A stretch of DNA of 64,000 bases from an uncultured Gemmatimonadales bacterium (GTDB lineage Bacteria > Gemmatimonadota > Gemmatimonadetes > Gemmatimonadales > GWC2-71-9): the NCBI GenBank assembly GCA_963822925.1, contig CAWGJN010000006.1, positions 78,910 to 142,909 on the forward strand, given 5' to 3'. The notes under the pieces were generated by a model that was not told the origin of the DNA, searched no databases, and worked only from the letters and a program-made list of their open reading frames with translations. The translations under genes were made by a program, and so were the position numbers. Every line of letters begins with the position of its first letter. Positions within the stretch are counted from its first letter, which is position 1. Shown piece after piece: positions 52,282 to 62,193 of the stretch.

Positions 52282-53328
52282 TTAAAGGCGATCCACACTG
52301 TTGACGACGGCCTCGAGCGCGGCCACGATGCGATCGCCGGCGCGCTCCCACTCGAGGCCGAGCACGGCGACGAGCGGTTCCGGCACGCTGGCCGGCCAGC
52401 GATCACGCAGCTTCACCGCGTCCTTCTCCGTCATAACCACGTGATCCGCCCGACGCGCGGCGTGCGCAAGCCACGCAAGATCCTCGTCGCGGTAGTCATG
52501 ATGGTCCTTCCAGGTGGCCACCTGTACCTGCGCACCTGCCGACTTGACCTGGGCCACGAACGCATCCGGATCGGCAATGCCGGCGGCGGCCACTACCCGG
52601 CGCCCCGATAGTTCGCTCGCGGCCACCCGGCGGCCCGACACGAGTCCCTCGAGGTGCCGCAGCCCAAGGTGCGCAATCGCAACCGGCCCCGCTACTCGAC
52701 CCGACAGCTCGTCGGCGAGGGTCTCGGCCGCCTCGGGCGTGGCACGCTTCCGCGTAATGATCAACGCGTCGGCCCGGTCGAGGGCTTCCACCCCTTCCCG
52801 CCACGGTCCTGCGGGCACCGCCCAGCGCACGGCGCGGGTCGTTTCCGCAGCCACGACCGCCAGGTTGAGGTCGCGGCGGACGTCGAGCCGCTGGTAGGCA
52901 TCGTCGAGCACGAGCACCTGGGCGCCCTGCGCCAGGGCCGCCTCGGCGCCTGCGACCCGGTCGGCATTCGCCACCACGATCGCCTCAGGCACGGAACGCC
53001 GGTGTACCAGGGTCTCGTCGCCGCCGTAGCCGCGGAGGAGAATCCCGGGTCGCAGGCCCTGCGCGGCATAGTGTCGCGCAATCCAGATGGCGATGGGCGT
53101 CTTGCCCGAGCCACCCACCGTCAAGTTGCCCACCGACACGGTGGGAAGCGGCAAGTCGTGAGTGGTGGCCCATCCGCGGCGGTACGCGGATTCACGGAGC
53201 TTCATCCCGGCCCGCCAGAGTGCTGAAGCCGGAATGAGTGGGACTCGGGCCAGACGGGCCTCCGGACGCCGACTGGTCCAGAGCCAGCGCAGGAACCTGT
53301 GGGTATCACCCCGCCGTCCCCCGATCAC
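52282..53328 (-). CDS. lpxK: tetraacyldisaccharide 4'-kinase
   Basis: P-loop VSVGNLTVGGSGKTP. GTG start in a GTGA overlap with the upstream DUF374 gene. 348 aa. Confidence 0.85.
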   Translation of the reverse strand: MIGGRRGDTHRFLRWLWTSRRPEARLARVPLIPASALWRAGMKLRESAYRRGWATTHDLPLPTVSVGNLTVGGSGKTPIAIWIARHYAAQGLRPGILLRGYGGDETLVHRRSVPEAIVVANADRVAGAEAALAQGAQVLVLDDAYQRLDVRRDLNLAVVAAETTRAVRWAVPAGPWREGVEALDRADALIITRKRATPEAAETLADELSGRVAGPVAIAHLGLRHLEGLVSGRRVAASELSGRRVVAAAGIADPDAFVAQVKSAGAQVQVATWKDHHDYRDEDLAWLAHAARRADHVVMTEKDAVKLRDRWPASVPEPLVAVLGLEWERAGDRIVAALEAVVNSVDRL

Positions 53329-53954
53329 GCAGCTGCTCCTAGCAGGTTCAGTGCCCGCTCGGCCACTGCGGAGGCCTCCGAAACGCCCTCCGATCCAGGT
53401 CCCACCTGGATCGGCTCACCGTAGGCGACCCGGACCAGCGCACCAGGCTTGGGAATGGCAAAGCGGTCCCAGGAACGGAGGCGCCAGGCCTGCAGCGGCG
53501 TGGCGCGGACGGGCACGAGTGGCACCCCCGCATGCTGGGCTGCAAGGGCAGCTCCGGGCTTGAACACCCGGCGCGGGCCCCTTGGACCGTCCGGGGTGAA
53601 CGTGACGCTGGTGCCCGCCTGCAACTCGCGCACGGCCTCCAGCAGCACGCGCGCCCCCCGGCGGCTGCTCGAGCCGCGGAGCGGCTTGTAGCCAAAACCC
53701 TCCGCGAGCCGCGCGGCGTACTCGCCGTCGCGCGAGCCGCTCACCACCACACCCATCCCGAATCCCCGCCCGTGCCACAGCAGCGGCAGGAGTTCCTCGT
53801 GCCAGCACGCCACGACCACTGCGGACCGTCCCGCCCGCACCGCGTCGGCCAGGTCGGACTGCGCCGGTAACTCGAAGCGCCACGTGCAGGCCAGGATCGA
53901 GATGACTGGCCGGGCCACGGCACGCACCTGTCCCGGTGTGAGGCGGATCTTCAT
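53325..53954 (-). CDS. DUF374 / lysophospholipid-acyltransferase-like protein
   Basis: 209 aa with CWHEELLPL (an H-x4-[DE]-like acyltransferase motif) and FTPDGPRGP. It is embedded between lpxB and lpxK with overlaps on both sides. Confidence 0.7.
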   Translation of the reverse strand: MKIRLTPGQVRAVARPVISILACTWRFELPAQSDLADAVRAGRSAVVVACWHEELLPLLWHGRGFGMGVVVSGSRDGEYAARLAEGFGYKPLRGSSSRRGARVLLEAVRELQAGTSVTFTPDGPRGPRRVFKPGAALAAQHAGVPLVPVRATPLQAWRLRSWDRFAIPKPGALVRVAYGEPIQVGPGSEGVSEASAVAERALNLLGAAA

Positions 53955-55072
53955 GCGGCGAGCAAGGCAGTAGCCATGTCGGCGACGCGATCCGCCGCGC
54001 CAGGTGTTCCGAGGCGTGTGCGCACCAGGGCCAGGCCTTCTCGCTGAGCCACCGTGGCCGGGTGCGCCGGATCCAGCAAGGGTGCAATCGTGTCGGCCAG
54101 TCGGGCGACCGTGACGTCATCCTGGAGGATCTCGGGCACGACCTCGCGTCCGGCTACCAGGTTGACGAGACTCACCCATTCCACGGTCACCAGGCGCCGC
54201 GTCAGGAAGGCGGTGAGCGGGTTGACCCTGTACGGCACGATCATCGGTGTGTCGGCGAGGGCCGCCTCCAGGGTCGACGTGCCTGACTTCACGATCGCCG
54301 CGTCGGCCGCGGCCGCCACCGTGAGGGACGCACCGCGCACGAGCGCAAGCGCGTCGGCGCCGGGATACTCTCCCTGCTCGGTGGCCGCGACAATGACCCG
54401 TGAGGCCAGACGGCGATCGAGCAGCGTAAACGCGGCATCACGGAAGGAGGGCCAGAGCCGGCGGATCTCGCCGGACCGGCTCCCCGGAAACAGCGCCAGC
54501 ACCCGCTCGCCCGCCGGAATGCCCAGGGACTCGCGGGCCGACGAACGCGACGGTGGCGCCCCCCGATCGAGCAGCGGATGGCCTACGTACTCCGCCTTCA
54601 CGCCTACATCGCGGAAGAAAGCCTCTTCGAAGGGCAGGATCACCGCGAGCCGGTCTACCGCGGCGGCCAGCCGGCGCGCGCGCTGGGGCCGCCAGGCCCA
54701 GAGCTGCGGTGCGATGTAGTAGAGCACCGGAATGCCGGCACGGCGCGCGGCCTCGGCGACATGCAGGTGAAAACCGGGATAGTCGATGAGAATCACGAGA
54801 TCGTAACCGGAACCAGCAAACGCGCGTTCCATCCGGCGCAGGAGCCGGTAATGGGCGGGCACCTTCTCGACGATCTCCACCATGCCAAAGGCGGCGAAGC
54901 CCTCCATGGAAAACCGTACGTTCGCGCCGGCTTCGGCCATGCGCGGTCCGCCGAACGCGTCAAGCGCGGCGGCCGGCATCCGCCGCCGCAGGGCCCTTAC
55001 TACCGCCGCCCCGTGAAGATCGCCGGACGGCTCGCCCGCGGAAAGGAAGACGCGGGCGGTGGGCCGGTTCAT
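53951..55072 (-). CDS. lpxB: lipid-A-disaccharide synthase
   Basis: N-terminal [15 protein letters not shown], plus [11 protein letters not shown]. 373 aa. Confidence 0.9.
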   Translation of the reverse strand: MNRPTARVFLSAGEPSGDLHGAAVVRALRRRMPAAALDAFGGPRMAEAGANVRFSMEGFAAFGMVEIVEKVPAHYRLLRRMERAFAGSGYDLVILIDYPGFHLHVAEAARRAGIPVLYYIAPQLWAWRPQRARRLAAAVDRLAVILPFEEAFFRDVGVKAEYVGHPLLDRGAPPSRSSARESLGIPAGERVLALFPGSRSGEIRRLWPSFRDAAFTLLDRRLASRVIVAATEQGEYPGADALALVRGASLTVAAAADAAIVKSGTSTLEAALADTPMIVPYRVNPLTAFLTRRLVTVEWVSLVNLVAGREVVPEILQDDVTVARLADTIAPLLDPAHPATVAQREGLALVRTRLGTPGAADRVADMATALLAA

Positions 55073-56049
55073 CTTCCGCTGAGCAGGGACAGGGGCGTCG
55101 TGGTGACCGCATCAGTGACCCGGAGTGCCAGCGCCAGCGCCGCCCTGCCCTCCTCCCCGGTGATGACCGCCTCGCGGTCACCGCGCACGGCATGAATGAA
55201 ACTGTGCAACTCGAGCGAGAGTGCATCGGCCTCGGGCGCGTTGAGCGGAATGAACTCCACGATGTCGGACAGCTCCTGCGCGACGCCGGGCCGCCACCCG
55301 TCGCGCAGGCGCATGAAGTCCCCGCGCCCGGTGGCGAGGTCGAGTGACAGGTACCCGTTGGCCTGGAAGATCCGGAGCCGCCGCACGCGATCGCGCGCCA
55401 CCCGGGACGCCGTGACGTTGGCCACGACGCCACCCTGGAACTCCACGCGCGCGTTGGCCATGTCGAGATGGGGCGACAGCACCGCTACCCCCGAGGCGCG
55501 CACGTCGATCGCCTCGGCCCCGCCGGTCAGGTGCAGGATGAGGTCAAGGTCGTGAATCATCAGGTCGAGCACCACCGCGACGTCGGTGCCGCGTGGCTGG
55601 AACGATGCCAGGCGCTGGCTCTCGAGGTACAGCGGATGGTGCAGCAGGGGCTCCGCGGCACGGAGCGCCTGATTGAAACGCTCGATGTGGCCCACCTGCA
55701 GCTGCACATCCCGGCGCGCAGCCTCGGCGATCAGTTCATCCGCCTCCGCCACCGTGACCGCAAGAGGCTTCTCCATCAGCATGGGAACACCCCGGCGCAG
55801 CACCCGCAGGCCGACCTCCGCGTGATGCTGAGTGGGGACCGCCACCGTGACGGCACGCACCAGTCCCAGCATCTCGTCGAGGTCGTCGAACGCCCGACAG
55901 CCACATGCCGCCCCGACCTCCCGGGCCCGCGCCCGGTCGGTGTCGTATACACCGACGAGCAGCGCCTCCGGTGACGCCGCGAGATGGCGGGCGTGGTGCC
56001 GGCCAAGCGCGCCCACACCGATGACGCCGATGGGGAGCGCGGAAATCAC
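55069..56049 (-). CDS. Gfo/Idh/MocA-family NAD-dependent oxidoreductase
   Basis: GTG 56049 is in a GTGA overlap with the lpxA stop. The Rossmann region [23 protein letters not shown] and the EKPLAV motif are present. This is the 3' third of the artefactual 585-aa track ORF. Confidence 0.8.
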   Translation of the reverse strand: MISALPIGVIGVGALGRHHARHLAASPEALLVGVYDTDRARAREVGAACGCRAFDDLDEMLGLVRAVTVAVPTQHHAEVGLRVLRRGVPMLMEKPLAVTVAEADELIAEAARRDVQLQVGHIERFNQALRAAEPLLHHPLYLESQRLASFQPRGTDVAVVLDLMIHDLDLILHLTGGAEAIDVRASGVAVLSPHLDMANARVEFQGGVVANVTASRVARDRVRRLRIFQANGYLSLDLATGRGDFMRLRDGWRPGVAQELSDIVEFIPLNAPEADALSLELHSFIHAVRGDREAVITGEEGRAALALALRVTDAVTTTPLSLLSGR

Positions 56050-56826
56050 GCGGGCACCCCTCGACCGGAGGACTCCACGAAAGAGAGGAATCGCTCCACT
56101 TCCGGCAGCGGGGGCACTTCTTCCCGCGCTCGCGCAATGGCACGGCTGAGGCTCAGGTCGGAGTTGAACACGATACGATAGGCACGTTTGAGGCTCGTGA
56201 CTACCTCGGCACTGACGCCGGCGCGCTGCAAGCCGATGGTGTTGAGGCCGTAGAGCTCGATCGGGCTGCCGACCGCCTTGGTGAAGGGCGGGACATCCTG
56301 ATTGACCGCGCGAACCGCCGCCGATGAAGGAGTACTCCCCGATGGTGACGAACTGATGGATGCCGTTGAGGCCGCTGATGATCGCGTGATCCTGCACGGT
56401 GACATGCCCGGCCATCTGCGTCGCGTTGGCGATCACCACGTGGTCGCCGAGCCGGCAGTCGTGGGCCACATGCACGTAGGTCATCAGGAAGCACCCCGCC
56501 CCGACTACTGTACGCCCCGTGGCGGTGGTGCCGCGGTTGATCGTGCAGTACTCCCGGATGGAGGTATCGGCACCGATCTCCGCCCACGTTTCCTCGCCGC
56601 GATACTTGGTATCCTGCGGATCACCGCCGACCAGGGTGCCCTCACCAATGCGAACTCCCGAGGCGAGACGGACTTGCTGCTGCAATGTGACGCGAGGCCC
56701 CAGAACGCAGTTGTCGCCAACCTCCACGCCGGGACCGACCAGCACCCAGGGCCCGACCTCGACCCCGACACCGAGCTCCGCGCCGGGATCGATGATCGCT
56801 GTGGGATGGATGCGGGTTGCGCTCAC
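56046..56826 (-). pseudogene. lpxA: acyl-ACP:UDP-GlcNAc O-acyltransferase LpxA, reading frame broken by a 1-nt frameshift near 56306-56312
   Basis: The hexapeptide-repeat N-terminus runs in the frame of ORF 55069..56826 as far as ...[10 protein letters not shown]. The conserved C-terminus ([30 protein letters not shown]...) runs in the frame of ORF 56046..56405. The span is 781 nt, which is 260 codons plus 1 nt. Confidence 0.8.
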
Positions 56827-58091
56827 CGGTCGACCACGCGCGCGAGCATCTCCGCCTCGGTCGCCAGCTGGCCGTCGACGTAAGCCTCGCCCTTGAGTCG
56901 CCAGGTCCGGCCTCTGCCCTGCATGAGCGTCACCTCGAGCCGCAGCTGGTCGCCGGGGACGACCGGGCGCCGGAACTTCACGTTGTCGAGCGCCATGAAA
57001 TACGCGATGTGCTTCGCCGGGTCGATCTGCTTGTCCATCAGCAGGACGCAGCCGGTCTGGGCCAGCGCCTCGACGATGAGCACACCGGGCATGATCGGGT
57101 GGCCGGGAAAGTGCCCCTGGAAGAAGGGCTCGTTGATGGTCACGTTCTTGATGCCCACCACGCGGCGCTGCTCCTCCACGTCGATGATGCGATCGACGAG
57201 GAGAAACGGGTACCGGTGCGGCAGGATCTCCATGATCTGGCTGATCTCGAGCACGTGCCCTCCCTGACGTTCCGCCGTACGAATCAGGCGCTGAGCCAGC
57301 GCCACATTCCCCTGATGACTGGGCCGCTCGGCGATGATGTGCGCCTGGAGCCGCCCACCGATCAACGCGATATCGCCGATGACATCGCCTGCCTTGTGGC
57401 GCACGAACTCGTCGGGCCAGCGCAGGGTGGTGCCCACTACGCCGTCGTCGGAGAGCAGGATGACGTTCTCGACGGCCCCTCCCAGGGCAAACCCGCGCGA
57501 CCGGAGCTCGGCGACCTCACGCTCAAACCCGAAGGTGCGAGCCCCGGCGATCTCCCGCCCGAACGTTTCGGCGTCCACGGTCCACTCGCCCGTCTGCCGA
57601 CCGATGACGGGGTGGTCCCACTCGACGCTTACCGTCAGCCGGAACTCATCTGCCGGCAGCACCCGGTAAGATGCACCGCCCTCGGTCAGGACAAAGCCCC
57701 GCCGCACGCGCCAGGACAGCGGGATACCAGGGAGCTCCACCACACCGGCCGACGCCAGCGCATCCAGCCAGGGCTCGAACGAGCCGTCGAGGATCGGGAG
57801 CTCGGGGCCGTCCACCTCCACCGCGATGTCGTCGAGACCCAGCGCGAACGCCGCCGCCAGGAGGTGCTCCACCGTGTAGATCGCTTCATCGCCCTCGCCC
57901 AGGCCCGTACGCCGTTCGGTGGCGCCGACCCGGTGGGGCCGCGCGGGAACGGCGGAGGACTTGCCATCCCGCTGCGCGAAGGTGATGCCTTGCCCCGACG
58001 GCGCGGGACGGCACACGACGCTGCTGGTGACGCCCGAGTGGAGCGCAACGCCCGTGAGCGTCGCCTCCCTGGCGAGGGTGCGCCTAGGCAT
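56823..58091 (-). CDS. lpxC-fabZ: bifunctional UDP-3-O-acyl-GlcNAc deacetylase / 3-hydroxyacyl-ACP dehydratase (LpxC-FabZ fusion)
   Basis: The N-terminal LpxC region ([11 protein letters not shown]...EHLLAA...) and the C-terminal FabZ region ([14 protein letters not shown]...[16 protein letters not shown]) lie in one ORF. ATG 58091 is preferred; 58130 is the alternative. Confidence 0.9.
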   Translation of the reverse strand: MPRRTLAREATLTGVALHSGVTSSVVCRPAPSGQGITFAQRDGKSSAVPARPHRVGATERRTGLGEGDEAIYTVEHLLAAAFALGLDDIAVEVDGPELPILDGSFEPWLDALASAGVVELPGIPLSWRVRRGFVLTEGGASYRVLPADEFRLTVSVEWDHPVIGRQTGEWTVDAETFGREIAGARTFGFEREVAELRSRGFALGGAVENVILLSDDGVVGTTLRWPDEFVRHKAGDVIGDIALIGGRLQAHIIAERPSHQGNVALAQRLIRTAERQGGHVLEISQIMEILPHRYPFLLVDRIIDVEEQRRVVGIKNVTINEPFFQGHFPGHPIMPGVLIVEALAQTGCVLLMDKQIDPAKHIAYFMALDNVKFRRPVVPGDQLRLEVTLMQGRGRTWRLKGEAYVDGQLATEAEMLARVVDR

Positions 58092-59118
58092 CCTCGCGAC
58101 GCTCCGCGACCAGTCGCTCGAGGTCCGCAATGATGGCGGGCAGGCGCACGGAGGCCGCCTGGACCCGCAGCGTCTCGCGGTGGTTTCGCGCCACGTACCC
58201 GCTCATGGTCGATCCCGGGGGCACGTCACGGAACACGCCCGTGCCGGCCCCGATGCGCGCACCATCGCCTATCACCACATGGTCGCCGATACCGGCACCC
58301 CCGCCGATGATGACAAAGCGCCCCAGCCGGGAGCTCCCGCCCACCAGCACGCCGCCGGCCAGAATGCAGTGCTCTCCTATGCGCACGTTGTGCCCGACAT
58401 GCACCAGGTTGTCGAGCTTCGTACCCCGCTCGATGACAGTATCATCGATGCTGCCACGATCGATCGTGGTCAACGAACCGATCTCCACGTCGTCCGCGAT
58501 GACGAGACTTCCCACGTGGGGGATGCGCTGATGTCCCTCGGCACTGCTGTGGAACCCGAAACCGGTGCCGCCCAGCACGGCGCCCGCCTTCACCACAACG
58601 CGGGAACCAATCTGCAACCGGGGTCCGCACACCACGTGCGACCCGAAGCGGCAGTCCGTACCGATGACCGTATCATCGTCGACCACGACTCCCGGGTCGA
58701 GCCGGGTACGCGCGCCGATGCGCACGCGAGCGCCAAGCACGACATAGGGCCCGATGGATACGTCCCCGGCAAGGTCGGCCCCGGCGCCAATCTGCGCGGT
58801 GGGATCGACGCCGGGCGAGGGCACGGGTTCGGGATACAGGGTGGCGACGACGGTCGCCAGGGCGCGGCCGGGATCCCGCACCACGATGGCTGTCGATAGG
58901 CCTGCCACTTCGGTGGCAAGATCCTCCGCGACCAACACGACGCCTGCGTGAGAGTTCTTCAACTCGGTCCGGTATGCAGCCGACACGACCAGCGACAGGT
59001 CCTCCGGTCCGGCGCGCTCGAGCGACGCGACGGACCGGATCAGCACCGATCCATTGCCAAGCAGGCGGCCGCCGACGATGTCGGCGACCGCCTGCGCGGT
59101 GAGCCCGGTGCTCGCCAC
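58084..59118 (-). CDS. lpxD: UDP-3-O-acylglucosamine N-acyltransferase
   Basis: 344 aa with an N-terminal uridine-binding domain, left-handed beta-helix hexapeptide repeats, and the HVGHNVRIG catalytic His context. Confidence 0.9.
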   Translation of the reverse strand: MASTGLTAQAVADIVGGRLLGNGSVLIRSVASLERAGPEDLSLVVSAAYRTELKNSHAGVVLVAEDLATEVAGLSTAIVVRDPGRALATVVATLYPEPVPSPGVDPTAQIGAGADLAGDVSIGPYVVLGARVRIGARTRLDPGVVVDDDTVIGTDCRFGSHVVCGPRLQIGSRVVVKAGAVLGGTGFGFHSSAEGHQRIPHVGSLVIADDVEIGSLTTIDRGSIDDTVIERGTKLDNLVHVGHNVRIGEHCILAGGVLVGGSSRLGRFVIIGGGAGIGDHVVIGDGARIGAGTGVFRDVPPGSTMSGYVARNHRETLRVQAASVRLPAIIADLERLVAERREDA

Positions 59119-59123
59119 GTGGG

Positions 59124-59711
59124 TCAGTTGGTGGCCTTGAGCTTCTCGATCACCCGGTCGGTGAGGTCCAGGGACCGGTCGGCCGCCACGATGTTGCCCG
59201 CCTGCGCACTCACGTCGAAGATGAACGCATAGCCTCCTTCCGAGCGCATCGATTCGATGACGGCGTTCACCTTCTGCTGCAGGGGAGCGAGCAGCTCCGA
59301 TTCACGCTGCTGCGCCTTCTGCTGCAACTCCTGGGCGCGGGTCTCGAGTGCCGTGCGCTTGGTCTCGAGCTCGGTGCGCTTGGCCTGACGCTGGGTGGGG
59401 CTCAGCACCACCGACTGCTGCTCATACTCCGATGCCATCGAGTCGAGCGTTGCCTGGAGCTTCTGCAGCTCGGCGCGGTAGCCCTCACTCTCCTTGGTGA
59501 AGGTCTGCTCCGCCGTGGTCCAGCCCGGGGTGGACTGGAGAATCCGGCGCGCGTTTACGAAGGCGAGCTTCGTCGCGCCGGACGGGGCTGGGGCCGGGGC
59601 TGCTGGGGCCGGCTTCGTGGCCGGCTTCGCCTGTGCCTGAACGGGGGCCACCGCCATCGCCACCGCCACCAGCGCCCCAATGCCGCGCATCACCACACCT
59701 GCGAACCGCAT
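59124..59711 (-). CDS. skp: OmpH/Skp-family periplasmic chaperone
   Basis: Signal peptide followed by a long Gln/Glu/Lys-rich coiled-coil body. 195 aa. It lies between bamA and lpxD, as in many diderms. Confidence 0.8.
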   Translation of the reverse strand: MRFAGVVMRGIGALVAVAMAVAPVQAQAKPATKPAPAAPAPAPSGATKLAFVNARRILQSTPGWTTAEQTFTKESEGYRAELQKLQATLDSMASEYEQQSVVLSPTQRQAKRTELETKRTALETRAQELQQKAQQRESELLAPLQQKVNAVIESMRSEGGYAFIFDVSAQAGNIVAADRSLDLTDRVIEKLKATN

Positions 59712-59743
59712 GTCATGCTCCTGAGTGAGAAGGTTTACCGCTG

Positions 59744-62143
59744 CTAAAAGAAGTTGCCGAGCCGGAAATGGAGCTGCCAGCCTGGATCGGGCTGAAGCAA
59801 CAGATTGGTCCGGTCAAACCCGTATCCGAGATCGATCCCGATCGGGCCAAGGGGCGATACCACGGCCACACCGAAGCCGGCACCGCGCATGAGCCGGGTC
59901 GGATCCCATTGGGCCGCGCTCCGGTAGTTATTGCCCGCATCGGCAAACAGGCTCACGTAGAGGAACTGGCTCACGCGCGCGCCGAGTGACAGGTTGAATG
60001 CCGCGGCCGACTTGCCGAAGGCATTCGGGCTGGCGCGATTGGTTGCCGCCAGCGGGTCATATCCGTTGGGAGTAATCGAGAACTCCGGATACCCGCGCAA
60101 CGGAATACCGAACTGCACGCCGCCCATGGAGTACAGCTCCGTGAAGAACGGGCCGGCATCGCCGAAAATGAAACCAGAACGCGCGGCGAACGCGAGCACC
60201 AGCTGTACACCGCTCCCCAGCTGGGCCGGGTTGCCGCCGAGGACCCCCAGGGGAGCATAGAATCGGGCCTCCACGTCGAACTTCTGGAAGTTACCGGTGC
60301 CGCCCAGGATTCCTCCGTTCAACTCGCCGGAGAAGTTGAGGTACGTGCCCCCGGTCGCAAAGGGGAGTCCCACGCGGGTGTCCTTTACAATGGACGCACC
60401 AAGGGTGGATCTGGTGCACGAGATGCAGCTGTACCGGGCCCGGAGGGTGATCGACCCGCCGGTGTAGGAGATCTTCTGCAGACCGTAGTTCAGGAACAGC
60501 CGCGTGTACCGGGCACCGAGGAGCGGGAAGCCGAACTGGATGAGCCCGCCGGCCTGCGTCCTCCTTCCGAGGTCGCCGACCACATATCGGGAGCGCGTGT
60601 CGAAAACCGAAAGCGTACCCGATACCCGGGTTTCGCGGATGTTGGGATCGGTGTAGGACAGGTTCAGGTCCTGAATGTTCCGGCCGAACTGCCACTGCAG
60701 TTTGCCCCGCTTGCCCTGGCCGAAGAGGTTGGGCTCCTCGAGGCCGATGAACCCACCGATACCGGTGCCCTGCCCCAGCGACGCTCCGAAGTTGATGTTG
60801 CCGGTGTGCTTCTCCTCCACCCGGAAGGTGATGTCCACCTCCGTATGGGTCTCGGAGGGCACGACATCTGGCGCGGGCATCGGCTGCTGGAAAAACCCGA
60901 GGTTGGCGATGTTCTGCCAGGAGCGGATGAGCGCCTCACGACTGAACACCTGCCCCGGGTACAGGACGATCGCCTCGCGGATGACTCGCTCATGGGTAAC
61001 GTCGTTGCCGACAATATTGATCTTGTTGACGGTTACGACGTTCCCCTCGCGAATGTTCCAGCGCAGGTCGACCACCGGCTGCCCGTCGGGACCCGTCCTC
61101 CGGATTTCCTCGGGCACCACCTGGGCGTAGATGTAGCCGGTGTTGGCGTAAAGGTTCTGGATCCCCTCGGTGGCCTTCTCCCACGCCGTACGATTGAAGG
61201 GCATCTTGAACTTGGGCGCACCGCCCGGCGCCACCGGTCCGAAGGGGTAGTACTGCATCAGTTCGTCGGTGGAATACTGCCGGTTGCCGATCATGTCGAA
61301 GGTACCCACGCTGTAGAGCAGCCCTTCATCGACGGTGAGCCGGAGCGTGGCCTTGGCGCGCTTCACGTCGGGGATGAGACTGTCGTCCACCACCTGGAAG
61401 TCGATGTATCCCTTGGAGGCGTACCAGGCCGGCAGGCGTTCGCGAATGTCACCCTCCAGCACGTCCTCGTCGTACGCACCCTTCTGCCACCACCAGAATC
61501 CTTCGGGCTGGGTGGCCATGTGCTTGATGATGTCGCCGTCCTTGTAGGCGCCCTTCTCTCCCTCGATCTCGACCATCGCCACCGCCACGCGCTCGCCTTC
61601 GACGATGGTATACGTGACGTCGACGCGGCCATCATAGGCTGTGATGGCCTGCACCGTCACGCTCGCGGAGTAGTAGCCGCGGTTGCGATAGAGCGAGTCG
61701 ATGGCGAACTGGCCGTGGGCGATGGCCACCCGGTCCACCGGGCGATTGACGAGCAGCTTGACCTGGTCGCGGACGGTGCCGACGGGAATCTTGCTGGCGC
61801 CCACGACCGTCCAGCTGGCGAGGAGGGGGCGCTCGACCACGGTGATGACGAGGATGTTCTTTCCGTTCTCGAGGCGGGCGTCGATCTTCACGTCGTCGAA
61901 GCCGCCGGAGCGGTACACGGCCGCAATGGCCTTCTGGATGTCGCGCGGGCTGGGCCGCTGGCCCAATACCAGGCCCGTGGCCGAGATGATGAATGGAGCA
62001 GGGACACGCGAGGCGCCCACCACCTCGAAGCTGTCGATGGGCGGGGGCTGCGCCGGCGGGGCGCCGGGAACCTGCTGCGCGGTGAGCGGCGTTGCCGCCC
62101 ACGCGAGCAGCGGCCACACCATCAGGAGGAGGAACCGGCGCAT
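59744..62143 (-). CDS. bamA: outer-membrane protein assembly factor BamA
   Basis: Signal peptide from ATG 62143 (MRRFLLLMVWPLLAWAATPLTAQQ), POTRA repeats, and a C-terminal beta-barrel ending ...LHFRLGNFF. The track ORF start 62197 overlaps clpC. Confidence 0.9.
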   Translation of the reverse strand: MRRFLLLMVWPLLAWAATPLTAQQVPGAPPAQPPPIDSFEVVGASRVPAPFIISATGLVLGQRPSPRDIQKAIAAVYRSGGFDDVKIDARLENGKNILVITVVERPLLASWTVVGASKIPVGTVRDQVKLLVNRPVDRVAIAHGQFAIDSLYRNRGYYSASVTVQAITAYDGRVDVTYTIVEGERVAVAMVEIEGEKGAYKDGDIIKHMATQPEGFWWWQKGAYDEDVLEGDIRERLPAWYASKGYIDFQVVDDSLIPDVKRAKATLRLTVDEGLLYSVGTFDMIGNRQYSTDELMQYYPFGPVAPGGAPKFKMPFNRTAWEKATEGIQNLYANTGYIYAQVVPEEIRRTGPDGQPVVDLRWNIREGNVVTVNKINIVGNDVTHERVIREAIVLYPGQVFSREALIRSWQNIANLGFFQQPMPAPDVVPSETHTEVDITFRVEEKHTGNINFGASLGQGTGIGGFIGLEEPNLFGQGKRGKLQWQFGRNIQDLNLSYTDPNIRETRVSGTLSVFDTRSRYVVGDLGRRTQAGGLIQFGFPLLGARYTRLFLNYGLQKISYTGGSITLRARYSCISCTRSTLGASIVKDTRVGLPFATGGTYLNFSGELNGGILGGTGNFQKFDVEARFYAPLGVLGGNPAQLGSGVQLVLAFAARSGFIFGDAGPFFTELYSMGGVQFGIPLRGYPEFSITPNGYDPLAATNRASPNAFGKSAAAFNLSLGARVSQFLYVSLFADAGNNYRSAAQWDPTRLMRGAGFGVAVVSPLGPIGIDLGYGFDRTNLLLQPDPGWQLHFRLGNFF

Positions 62144-62193
62144 CCGCGACAGACAGACGGCGGCGCCCCCGAGGGGACGCCGCCGGGGCTGCG

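Noticed and set aside
55069-56826. 585-aa ORF that looks like an LpxA-oxidoreductase fusion protein
   Set aside because: The middle ~85 residues ([32 protein letters not shown]...) are an out-of-frame reading of the lpxA 3' end. The true LpxA C-terminus is in the +1 frame, and the oxidoreductase has its own GTG in a GTGA overlap at 56046-56049.
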